A stretch of 64,000 bases of DNA from Sphaerodactylus townsendi (GCF_021028975.2 NC_059436.1:35960001-36024000); one strand, 5' to 3'. Shown: positions 11,488 to 22,637, counted from the first letter of the stretch. Translations and numbers: made by a program. The notes: a model not told the origin generated them from the letters alone.

Positions 11488-14365
11488 TTGTTAACTGAAG
11501 ATGGGGTGGCTCCTGCCTTTGAATATGCACACAAAGTAGGTTCTTTCCCCAAAAGCAGAGATCTCGCTCATAAGATTTGATTGCTAAGCTTATGCACCAC
11601 AAAGATATCAAGAGTTCTTTGTGGAAGAGGGTGAACTCAGTCTCATGGAGTTCCAAGGGTAAACAATACGTTATACAATTTAAATGTTAATGACATAAAG
11701 TGTGCAAGTATAATATAGAAAATGCTAAAAGTTCTAAAAAAAGCCTATCCTGGTGATCCAAGAAAGTCAAAGTAAGAGACGTTTAATAATGGTTAAAAAG
11801 TTGTCTAATTTTATTTTAGACTCATCCAAGTCTGAAGAGTTGGGCCTCCTTTTCAGTTATGAAATGTGTTATCCATTTTATACATTTATTCATGTACTGC
11901 CACCTTTATTGAAAGATGATTTTGTCTCCATGCTGGTTACAGTGCAGCTATGCAAATATGAAATAATGTAGATTAGTCTTTTTACTAACTAGAATGTGGG
12001 TCCTCAACCTTTTTCAGCTCATGGACACCTTTGGAATTTCGACTTAGGGTGGTAGGCACAATTCCAGAATGGCTTTCCAGGAGATGGGGGCCACCCATAA
12101 ATGTCAGGGAGGGAGATCATGCATAATTCTAATGGTAACTCTTCAGTATTTTAGGCAGAAACTGCTTGATAGGATGCCTTTTTACATGAATATATTAAAA
12201 GTCTTGCTTTCACGCAGCTTGCCTTCAGTAATGCTGTGAAGATCCTTATGGTAGCAAGTGCTGCCAAAGCACATTTCAAAAAATGATCATAGCCAATCAG
12301 ATCGCCAGTGATCAATCAGAAGCACTGCTATGCAAAAGCTTCACCTGGCCCCACTCATATTCTAAAAACATTTGGCAGGCCCCAGGAAAGATGTTGATGG
12401 GTGCCATGTTGGGGAAATAGAGCATCATAATCTTGTTTATCCACCTGCCTACTGCATTCACTCATTCTTCCCTGATGCTTTAATTTTGTTTCTGTAGCTG
12501 TATGAAGTAGTTGAGGAAACTGTACTTGCAACATAACTTGCAGTGTTAGTTAGAAAACAAGTACTCTCTTTACAAGGCATGGCTTTTTCTGCAGTCCCAA
12601 AATGCCGCTTTCTATTCAAATATCTTCAGAAACTATCAGTGTCGACTCAAGAACTTCAGAAAGCTTATAAGTGTTTGTGGAGGGAACCAGAACGTCCTTG
12701 CATTGCATTTTTTTCCCTTAGCCTTCCAGAATGTATAGTTCACAAATAACCCTTTTCACAGAATTTGGTGTCCTAAAAGCTAACAACCTCATTTGATCAG
12801 TTAGTATATCTGTAGATAAAAAATTGTGTTTAAAAAACTAATTGCAACCAAGTTTTTTTCAAATATTTCCACCTAAGATGTCATTCAAACAGTTTTTGCT
12901 TCAAAAAACCCCCACTGTTTTCCATTGTGTTAATGCTTCCATTTATGGCTGTAAGCATACTTTGATTGGTGACTTTTTTAGAATGTTGGCCTTGAAATAT
13001 AGCATGATTTGCTTGTTTTTGCGAGCAAGTACCTTATAAACCTTACCTAGTACTTCCCACGATTTTAATTCCAGATCACTAGCTGAGTTAGTTTTAAGCA
13101 GCAAAGCAAAAACTGGAGACTCATAAATGTTTTGCTGCAGCATGTTCTCTTAGTCTCTTAAAGACTAAATGGGTCCTAGTAAATGGATGTGGGAACCCGC
13201 TTCGCAACTGTGTTATGTTGAGAATAAATTTAGAATGTGCAATTATATATAATGGTTTTAGCAGCAGCCAATTTGATTGCACATCCTCGCCCCAAATACC
13301 TATGGAGTCGAGTGCCTGTTACACATAACAGAAATCTCAAGAAGCAGGTGACATTTAAAAACTTCCTCTACCATCAGCTGGACAAGATAATACTGATCTG
13401 GATGGAGCAATGAGATGCTGCAATAAGGTAGCTTTGCATCAGCTTGGCTTGAACATGACTCTAAGAACCAAGATTTCCGAATTCCAGAGGGTAGGAGTTG
13501 GCACATGGGGCAGCAGTTCTTATCAGATTACACAGAGAAGAACTCAGAAGTGCATCTAAAAAGTCAGGAAAAGTTATTTTTTAAATTATTTATTACTTAT
13601 CCCCCATCATGCAGCTCAAGGTGGTGTATACTGAGAGATTCCCATGTGTTCTTTAGGTACCTATCAGCTCAGACAAGGCTGCCAGCTCTTGTGCCATCCA
13701 ATCAAAACCTGGTCCCAGTTTAGGAGAGGTAAGGTTTCCACATCCTGAGCTGTGTATTGTGTGATTGGATCAACTAAATGCTCCACATGCCTTTTGGATT
13801 GGATCAACTAAATGCTCCACATACACAGCAAGTATATTTTATCATGTACACCATCACTCTGCAACTTATGAAGCAAGACTTGAAAATCCTTTTGTTTTTG
13901 TCCAATCAGGTTTTGCAATAATTTTCCATATTTTGTTTCTCTCCCCAAGGGAGACCTAAAGAAGCTTCCAACCTTGTTTTACTCTCCTCCATTTTATTCT
14001 AATATCTACAATCTGGCAAGGTAAGTTAGGCTGAGAGAGAAGAGCGGATCAAGGTTATCTAGCAAGCTTCCACAACACAAGTGAAGATTCGAACCTGGGT
14101 CTCCTAGGCCCTACTCAACCATTCAGACCACAGTACTATGCTGACTGTAACACAGCCCTATTGAGCAGAGATATGAAGCATGCCCTCTTCTTAGCCAACA
14201 GTTCTAGTTTCAAAAAGGCTCCAAGGACATGTTTGTGAAGCTGTGTGACAGAAACTGTGGTAAAGACTTGTGTAATGTTAAAAGCTGCTATGCTGTCAGA
14301 CTTGGACACTGGGCCTCATTCCACGATTATTAGGACACTGGCACTGACAGCCCCTCCCCGTCCAT

Positions 14366-15934
14366 CAGGGCCAGCAAGGGAGGGAGGGCGGCCAGAGTCT
14401 CCCCACCGACGACGACGACCCTGCAGAAGAGCTCCCTCCTCCTTCTCCCCGCCCGCCGCTTCGCTCATGGGCCCCCTGGACGCTTCCGCCTGTACAGCCC
14501 CGCCGGCCAATCAAGCGGCAGGAGGAGGAGGAGGAGGAAGGGCGGCGGCCCAATTGGCGCGCTCTCTCGGGACTCGTCACCCCGGAGGCGACGGGGAGGG
14601 AGGGACGGGCTCCCGTCATTGGCTTCAAACGCCTCCTCCGCACTTGGCCTGGCTCCCCGGGACCCCCCCCCCCCCCCGTCCTGATCGGCTGCCGCAGCTG
14701 AATAAGAACTGCCCCACAGTGCTCGGAAACCCCCCCGTCCCTCCCTTGGACCACTCCACGCTGACCGCCGCCTTCGCACGAGACCCCACGTGGATGTTAT
14801 GGGGTGATTCCACTATCTTCCCAGGCCTCTTTGAGCTGGACAGCCCGTTGGGACAATGTAGCCGAGAGCCTAGGGCGCTACCTTCGCACGAGGCCCCACG
14901 TCGAGGTTGTGGCGTGTCCGAGCCTCTTTGGGCAGGGGAGCCGCTGGGGATGCTGCTGCCCTCCAGTGGCCAAAGGTGTGAATTACGAGCGCAACCACCA
15001 CCACCACCACCACCACCACGCGGCATTTCTCAGGTTATAGTTGGTATAATGTGGCGTGTCTCTTTGGGCAGGGAAGACACGGCGGAGGGCTCTCCGAGAG
15101 TGTGGTAACGCTCCCGAGATATTGCTAACTTTTCCCGAGAGCGTTGTAATGCTCTCCTAGATCGCGCTGACTCTTCCAGAGAGCGTGGTAGCGCTCTCCA
15201 AGATCGCGTTGGCTCCTCCCGAGAGCATTGTAACGCTTTCCAAGATCGTGCTGACTCTTTCCGAGAGCGTTCCAACGCTCTCCGAGATCCTGCTAATGAG
15301 CCCTCCGCAGCGGCTCCCCTGCTCAAAGAGACACGCCACATCATAGCAACTATAACCTGAGAAATGCTGGGGGGGGCGGGTTGCTCTTGTAATTCACACC
15401 TTTGGCCACTGGAGGGCAGCAGCATACCCAGCGGCTCCTCTGCCCAAAGAGGTTCGGACACGCCCATAACATCCACGTGCGGTCTCGTGCGGCGGTCAGC
15501 GTGGCTGGTCCAGGGGAGGGACGGGGGTTCCGACCACTGTGGGGCAGATTCTTCTCAGCTGCGGCACCCGATCAGGACGGGGGAATGGGGGTCCCGGGGG
15601 AGCCAGGCCAAGGTGGGGGAGGCGTTTGAAGCCAATGACGGGAGCCCCTCCCTCCCCGTCGCCTCCGGGGTGACGTGTCCCGAGAGAGCGCGCTGATTGG
15701 GCCGCCGCCCTTCCTCCTCCTCCTCCTCCTCCCCCTCCTGCTGCTTGATTGGCCGGCGGGGTGCCGATATTTTATTTTGGTGCAGATATGTCTAAAAATG
15801 CACACAGACCCCGCAGGCACCAATGACCTGTGCAAAACAATTTTTTGGTCGTGGTGGGGTGGCCGCCCATGGGGGGTGGGGGGAATCCAACTCAGGTTTT
15901 GCCCAGGGCTCCAGTTTGCCTCCTTACGCCCCTG
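14366..15934. other. CpG-rich composite element: ~1.26 kb imperfect palindrome with central tandem array, possibly bounded by hAT-like ends
   Basis: Arms 14498-15092 and 15298-15761 are reverse complements; centre is a 21/42-bp array; right end ...CCTTACGCCCCTG resembles a hAT terminus; left boundary uncertain. Confidence 0.7.
15093..15297. repeat. Tandem array of ten ~21-bp units with alternating A/B (42-bp) higher-order structure
   Basis: A ~CCGAGAGCGTTGTAACGCTCT, B ~CCAAGATCGCGCTGACTCTTT, five of each. Confidence 0.85.
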
Positions 15935-16329
15935 CCATTGATAATGGAAAATACTTCTTTATTCAACAAGGAATTAAATTGTAGAAATTCTAGCCAATGG
16001 ACATCGTTGGTCAGGAGCATGAGTAGCTTTAAAGGGGATGGAGAGATTAATTCAAACAGCTGCTAGTCACAGCGACTGAAGGGATTTTCATAGTCGGAGG
16101 CATCAAACTTTTGATTAGGAGTGATGAGAAGTAGCTTGAAAAGGAGGCCTTGCATGTGTGTGCTGGCAACTGGAGAACTGCTGGGTTTAACCAGGTGCTA
16201 GCCTAGGCGGGTCATTGATCCGATCCTCAGACCTGAAATAAATCAGATAAATGTGCAGAGTGCGCTTTCCTGAGAGAAAACTAAAACCATCAAGAAATTA
16301 AGAAGACGGTCTTCTGGGACGAGGAATCC

Positions 16330-16554
16330 TTTTGCTGTTTGAGCTGAGCCCGCACTCTCCCTCCAAGCAAGCGATTTCAACCGCAGCAGCACGGCCAAGC
16401 GTGATTCTCATCCGCGCACGGGAGGGGGGCGTGGTCATGCAAATGAAGGGCGGGCTCGCGGGGGTTGCTGGGAAAACAGCTTGGGTTGTTCCCACGCGCG
16501 GGCGGTCATCTGTGCCTAAGGACGGGATTCTAGCAGTGGACGAGCCGGCTTGCG
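16330..16554 (+). promoter_or_regulatory. ALAD: ALAD housekeeping CpG promoter and non-coding exon 1
   Basis: CpG-rich; GC boxes; octamer ATGCAAAT 16437-16444; donor GCG/GTAGGT at 16555. Confidence 0.65.
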
Positions 16555-18249
16555 GTAGGTACCGGGTCTCCTTAAATGCGTTGTCGTGCATGGCCGGATC
16601 TAGTGGGATGAGGCCGGAAAAAAGTAGGGTCTATGCTGGGTTGTCGCAGGGGAAGGTCTCCGGGGGTTAAAATATGGGTCCGTACCTGGACCCATGTCCC
16701 GAACGGGGGTTTCTTCCTTGTTCTATCTCGCAGTTGTCTGGACTGGGGTAGAGGTCACGGTGCTCCCCTTTGGAACGGATTGAGTAATCCCTTTGGATTT
16801 TTCATTGAGGGAAATGTTTTGCAAGGATTGCACTAATCCCAGCTGGTCAGGGGTTCACTGTGAGTAAAGCTAATAGAGGGGTGTGTATGGCGCATTCATG
16901 GTAGGTCCTTGGGGAGCGCCTAAGTGCTGGGGCCAGTGGCCAGCGGCTTAGTTCTTCTCGATCTCGTTTCCCCACCGAACGGAGCCGGGGTTGTGAGTTC
17001 TCCGGTGCTGTATTGTTACAAACCGGATCTTGATGCATTTTGACTTGGAAGCAGCCGGCCTTCCTGGATTCCAAGGGATTTACGCACATTGTTGAGGCTT
17101 AAGACTTCCAGTCCCATTCTGGGTAGTAACTGTCGAGCGTACCCCTCTGTAACGGTTTGCCTTCTCGTGGAAATCGGGTTAGCAAAACGAGAGCTTTTAC
17201 CCTCATAACTTTGGGAGCGGATCTACTCAGAATCCTACTCGAGTCCATTCAGTGGGGCTTACTCCTAGGAAAGCATTATTTAGACTTGCACTGTTACTTA
17301 CTCAGCATTCTATGTCTTGCGGTTGAAGTACAGGCCAATTATACAAACCCATGATGTAGTCTGGGGTGAGAGGGTGGAGAAGCAAAAGTGGTGTTTGGTT
17401 GATCTGTGATAAACGACTTGCATGTTTGCTAGCTTCTCTCCTTTCCCTTTACTTCCCCCAGTGTCAAAATGTGAATTGTATTAAATTTAAGTGCGAACCG
17501 CTTAGGGACTGGGATCTATTTTTGTGAAGCTGTGTAACTGTTCAAAGTCTGTGTACTCGTAGTAACAATTCTTGAAAACGCCGGTAATAAACAGTGCCTG
17601 TACTGAAGTTGTTGAGTTTGGGGCTACAGAATGCAGCTGGAGTTGTCTTGGGTGGCTTTAAGAGGCGATGGGGTGGGACAAATTCATGGTGGACGAGCCC
17701 TTCAACGGACTTTTGGCTGCAACAGCTAGTTGGAGTTTCCAACTTTGGAAGCAGTGAATACTATTTGCTGAGGCTGCAGACAGTTGTGTTGCCTTTGTGC
17801 TGTTTGTGGGCTTCCCAGATGGCATCTGGCCGGCTGCTGTTGAGATCAAGACACCAGACTAGCTGGGCCTTTGATCTGACCCAGCGGGACTTAGCTGCTT
17901 ATATGAATTTTTGGCTGAACCTGCAACCCTCTTCGTTGCAATGAGTTTTATGTTGCACCAGCAGCTAACGTCTTCTCAGCCTGGCCTTGAGTCCTGAGAT
18001 AAACTGAGTTGCAAAACATTCTCCCGATTATGTGTGTCTCTCTCTCTTTTATTGCTGTTATTATAATGTGTGGCTCTGAAAAGGGTAGCGTCATGAGCAG
18101 CAGCAGATTGTATCTTGCAAGAGGCTGTATTTTTCCTGATGTTCTCTATATGTGCAAAGGTTATTTGACCCATGTGGTGCAACCAGAACCCTCTGGGGAA
18201 GGGATGGTGGTTCTGAGTCTCTTGCTCAACATTAATTAAAATTGGTGGT

Positions 18250-18452
18250 GGTGAAGGTGCTGTCAAGTCATAGCAGCTATAGGTGACTTATGGCAGCCTG
18301 TAGAGTTTTCAAGTCAACATCCCAAGGAGCTTGCCAATGCCTGCCTTTGCATAGCAACCCTGGACTTCCTGGATGGTCTCCCATCCAAGTACTAACTAGA
18401 GTTGACCCTGCTTAGTTTCTGAGATCTGATGGGAGCAGGCTAGCCAGGGCAG
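18250..18452 (-). mobile_element. 5S rRNA-derived SINE with Sauria/BovB tail (similar copies ~31710-31870(-), ~53450-53610(+), ~57250-57395(+))
   Basis: Reverse complement GATCTCAGAAACTAAGCAGGGTC...GTTAGTACTTGGATGGGAGACC (5S internal control region) joined to Sauria-type tail. Confidence 0.75.
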
Positions 18453-18932
18453 GGCAGGAGATCTTGGAGTGTTCATGCACTTTGACTTACATAAATGGTC
18501 TTCAATGTTGCAGTCATTTTATTATTCTTTAGATATTATACACAGCTTTTCTTCCCAGTGGGACCCAAAGTAGCTTAATTGCTTTGTTTTCTGCTTCTCC
18601 ATTTGATTGTCTTAAAAACAGTGGTGTGGGAGGAGCAAGGCTGAGTGACTAGCCCACTCAGAATCGTAAATTCCAAAGCCATCCTGTTTGGTTCTTGCTG
18701 CATACAGGCGAGATGTGGTTGCTTGATTCTGCTCACACTCCAAAGAACTATTTGTGCTTCGTGGTTTCAGTCCCTGAGCCATGGCAATCAGATAGTCCTA
18801 CCTGCAGCATTATTGGATGATCTTGCAGAGTATACATCCCCCAAACTGAACAATGCTAAAAAAAAATACTATCAGGAATAGGCTAGGCCTGCCAGGATCC
18901 AGCTCTATGAAAACTGTGTACTGTGAGTTTGT

Positions 18933-19073
18933 GGCTCATTCCACACATGCAGAATAATGTACTTTCAAACTGCTTTCAGTGCTCTTTGAAGCTGTGCGGA
19001 ATGGCAAAATCCACTTGCAAACAGTTGTGAAATTGGTTTGAAAACGCATTATTTTGCGTGTGCGGAAGGGGCC
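18933..19073. mobile_element. Palindromic PIF/Harbinger-type MITE (second copy ~63425-63556)
   Basis: Termini GGCTCATTCCACACATGCAGAATAATG / CATTATTTTGCGTGTGCGGAAGGGGCC; 3-bp TGT on both sides. Confidence 0.65.
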
Positions 19074-19960
19074 TGTGACTGACTTTTGAAAGCCAGATTC
19101 AGTTGGATAGGAATAGAACAGGTATGATGAATTTCTCAAATGAAAGGTGCTTGGAATGAACGCATTAGTTACGGAGAGGGCATACATCATAAATGTAGCT
19201 GAGTAGCTGCCCCTTCTCGATGCTCATATACCATTTGCTGGTCCCCTCCCAGGGTTGGGACCGGGCACCACCCACCAAGTGGTAGATTGGTCATACTGCT
19301 GCTATTCTAATTAGTGGATTCCATGGTTTTTAATGATTGATTGTCTTTGTGCACTGGACTTTATTGTTTTATTCTTTTGTTTACATGTACACCACTCTGA
19401 GCCCTTCAGGAGTAGAGCGGTTAAGAAATCTAATAATAATAAGAATAATGATGATGATGATGTTACTTGGATGGCCTAATTAGTAGTGGTAGTGGCTGCC
19501 TCGGCTGTTGAACCTGCAACAGGCTCGCCAGGCTAGATTGGTACTGGAGGAAGTGGTCAGCACCGGGAGGGGTGGTGGCTGCCTTAGCTGGTGAGCCCAC
19601 AGCCAGCTCCCTAGCCCAGATGGGCATGAGGGGGTGGCTCGCCAGGACAGATTGGGAGAGGGCGGAATGGGTGCTTGGATTGGCGAGCCTACAGCTGGTT
19701 TGCCATGCCAGACCAGAAGGGGGGTTGCCTCACCTGGCTTCCTGACCTGATAAGTCCTCTCAAGGGGCCGGATCCAGCCCCCAGGCAACACGTTCGGCAC
19801 CCTGCTCTAGATGTCTGTTCTGAGGGCTACAGTGAAACCCAAGACTGCACATAGTAGAATATGAGTGCATAGGAACACGTTCCACGTTAAGGTCACTGTG
19901 CTTGATGGCTCTTTGTATATTTCAGAATCTCTTCACCCTGAACCTTACTGGTGAGATCTT

Positions 19961-20076
19961 ATGATGCAGTTGGAGTCTCTCTTGCACAGTGGCTACTTCC
20001 ACCCCGTGCTTCGCTCGTGGCAGACGTCGGCCACTTCTTTTGATGCCACCAATCTCATCTACCCCATCTTTGTTAC
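19961..20076 (+). CDS. ALAD: Delta-aminolevulinate dehydratase (porphobilinogen synthase), coding exon 1 ([21 protein letters not shown]...NLIYPIFVT)
   Basis: Matches ALAD N-terminal arm; acceptor TTTCAG at 19925, donor GTAAGT at 20077; start is ATG 19961 or 19964. Confidence 0.95.
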
Positions 20077-20784
20077 GTAAGTCGGCGGTACTGGTGAGTT
20101 AACGGAAGGAGGGCAATGTATATTGTTAACACACTCAGTACTCTTCATCCATTTTCTTGTAATCCCTACGGCAGCTCTTTGTTAGGCCAGTATTATCACC
20201 CCCATGTTGCAGATGTGAGGAATTAGGGGGGCCAGAGAGAGCCATCAAATTCATGGCAGAGATGAAATTTGAGTAGGGGATTGTCTGGTTAGCTACTACA
20301 TAACAGCAGTTCAGCTGGAACTCAGATCTTGAGTTTTCTGCACATCAAACCATACTACTCCCTTGTAGTGAGAAGTCTTGAGGTATGCTGCCGTCCCTTT
20401 TTCAGAGGAGCAAAACACCAGACCCCACTGAGCTGCTGTCAATATCCTTCTGGCTGCTGTCAGTGAAGGGGTCAGAAGTCCTTCAGTTTACCATCAGCGT
20501 GAATCAATCAGACTGAAGGGAAACCTCTCGACTCTGCTTCCTTGAGGCAGAAGCATTGTGATCAGAACTTTGGTCACACCCTGCTTGTACAGCCCCTTCC
20601 TGCTCCCCAGGGCATCTGGCCACTGCTGTGTTGTACCGGATAACTACAAAAGTGCTTTTGCTGGCTGTGCTGAAAGCTGCCAAACTTTTCTGCTTCCTTG
20701 ATTTGCTTTCAGCCTGAGCCAAAAGCACAGCCGTACCAGGCACTTCTAAACTGTTCGTCTCTTTCTCTTGCTTAACCCTTTCAG

Positions 20785-20835
20785 GGACAGCCCGGATGCC
20801 GTGGAGCCCATTCCCAGTCTGCCTGGCCAAGCCCG
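20785..20835 (+). CDS. ALAD: ALAD coding exon 2 (DSPDAVEPIPSLPGQAR)
   Basis: TTTCAG/GTAAGT, 51 nt, phase consistent. Confidence 0.95.
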
Positions 20836-21072
20836 GTAAGTAACTGAAGGTCTCTTTTCATGGGCATGTTGCTTCTTCATAGATGCATCCCATGTAGCTC
20901 CCGTTGCTTTGGGGGTTTCCAGCTTGCAGGAGGTTTTGGAGGGAGAAGGCTTGGAAAGAGGCATGGAGTTTGGGGCCTGCTGACATTTTTGTGTCATTCC
21001 TTTTTGTTTACAAATGTTCAATTTGAGCAGGGGCACTTGACAGGCATCCTGACACAAAGTTCTAGTCACTGG

Positions 21073-21369
21073 GAGCCAACATGGTGTAGTGGTTAAGAGC
21101 AATGGACTCTAATCTGGAGAACAGGGTTTGATTCCCCACTCCTACACATGAGCAGTGGACTCTAATCTGGAGAACCATGTTTGTTTACCCACTCCTACAC
21201 ATGAAGCCTGCTGGGTGATCTTGGTTTGGTCACAGTTCTCTCAGAACTCTCTCAGCCCCACTTACCACACAAGGTGTCTGTTGTAGGGTGAGGGAGGGTG
21301 ATTATAAGCCACTTTGATACTCCTTACGGTTGAGAAAAGCAGTGTATAAAAACCTACTCCTTTTCTTCT
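21073..21369 (+). mobile_element. Squam3-like SINE with internally duplicated head segment
   Basis: GGTGTAGTGGTTAAGAGC head; GGACTCTAATCTGGAGAAC occurs twice; CTT-rich tail. Confidence 0.8.
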
Positions 21370-21779
21370 GCTAGTCTACAAAACAGCCAAGCCTGGCACA
21401 GAGTTGAAACATGTGCCCTGCTACCATCCCATAATACAATCCCACGAGCCATGATAGAAAGATGTCTAATTTTGGAAAATAACCTATTTGGTGTTAAAGG
21501 TTGCAGTTCAGATCTAGTGCCCCTGAAGTTTCAGGACCCAGGAAAAAGAGTTGCTGTCCCCATCCGCTGCTTGAGCTCTGAAACCAACATTATTTCCTAG
21601 CTGATTCTTTAAGCTGACTCCAAAATAGACATATCTCTTTGGCTGGCTGACTCACCCCTATCCCCAGTTTTTCCCAGCCATACGGACACAGGAACTCCAT
21701 ATGTAATCTGCTCCTTCCATATGATGTCCTCATTTCACACATTAAGCAAAGGGATGTGAACTACAGCAGCAAGAAAAAC

Positions 21780-21992
21780 AGCATGGTGAATTCTAGTCTG
21801 GAGAACCGGGTTCAATTCCCCACTCCTCCACACAAACCCTGCTGGGTGACCTTGAGCCATTCACAGTTCTTTCAGAACTCTCTTAGCCCACGTGGAGGCA
21901 GGCAGTGGCAAACCACCTCTGAACATCTCTTGCCTTGAGAAACCTACTTGCCATAAGTCAGCTGTGACTTGACAGCACTTTTCTTCACTACC
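21780..21992 (+). mobile_element. Chimeric SINE: Squam3-like head/CORE joined to Sauria-type tail
   Basis: GGGTTCAATTCCCCAC...GGGTGACCTTGAGC then GGCAAACCACCTCTGAACATCTCTTGCC...GACTTGACAGCAC. Confidence 0.6.
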
Positions 21993-22637
21993 AAGTTCCC
22001 AGAGTAGTGTGTGAATCAGGATGGGGTGGGCTTAAGAAACATTGCTTGCCAATGAAGAAGAGTTGATGAGGACGTGGGCATGACTTGCTGGAGGGAGTGT
22101 TGGTTAGTAGGGCTGTCCTTCATTTGTGCAGAGTAAAAATCTGGTTGGAAATTATTTCTGAAGCTAGGGTGCAGCCTGTTGGCATTATGTGGAGGAAGAA
22201 ACTAATGTGGAAATCTTTATTGCCTGTGTCTGTCTTGGACTTGCATGGGGGATGGTCTCTGGAACCTGAGAGATAAAGGAGACTTCAAGAGTAGAGCTGA
22301 TGCTCTCCTTTCTCCACAAGCGCACTGGAATTGACTCTGCCTCCAAAAGATAATGGCTCTTTTGTTTTTTACTGCAAATGGAAGTCAAGAGATAGGGTTC
22401 ATCTCAATGAATGGGCCTGCACATTTGGTGACAGATAAAGCTCACCCTTCCCTAATCTACCCTTCTTTGTGAAAACAGTTTGAGGTTGGGCCGTGAGCAG
22501 CTTTCCTAGTATCACAAAATGATGCCGCCTGCTGCTTTTCCATCTTGTGTGTATAACTTGCTCCCTGATCCATTGTTTAACTTCTTAAGAAGCAGGAGTC
22601 CTTCTGATTCTTTGCATGCTGATCTGATCCCTCTTAG

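Noticed and set aside
12420-13260. Possible highly decayed hAT transposase remnant on the minus strand
   Set aside because: Only faint motif resemblance, with many stops and frameshifts; cannot be supported without a translated search.
14245-15108. 287-aa ORF and the many overlapping ORFs at 14.3-15.9 kb as protein-coding genes
   Set aside because: Long frames are expected in very GC-rich DNA, they are mirrored on both strands by the palindrome, and the translations are low-complexity with no recognisable domain.
15093-15297. CRISPR-like array (palindromic repeat plus spacer)
   Set aside because: Vertebrate context, no cas genes, and the spacers are copies of one another rather than unique sequences.
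15093-15339. Heptad-like peptide (ISESVGTLSERVSTILESVTMLS...) resembling a viral fibre coiled coil
   Set aside because: Any 21-bp repeat gives heptads. The palindromic units give a similar peptide on the opposite strand, and the frame has an internal stop. A tBLASTN hit to a viral protein would reopen it.
18370-18452. 5S rRNA gene (also ~57255-57310)
   Set aside because: Partial, diverged and fused to a SINE tail; these are 5S-derived SINE heads.
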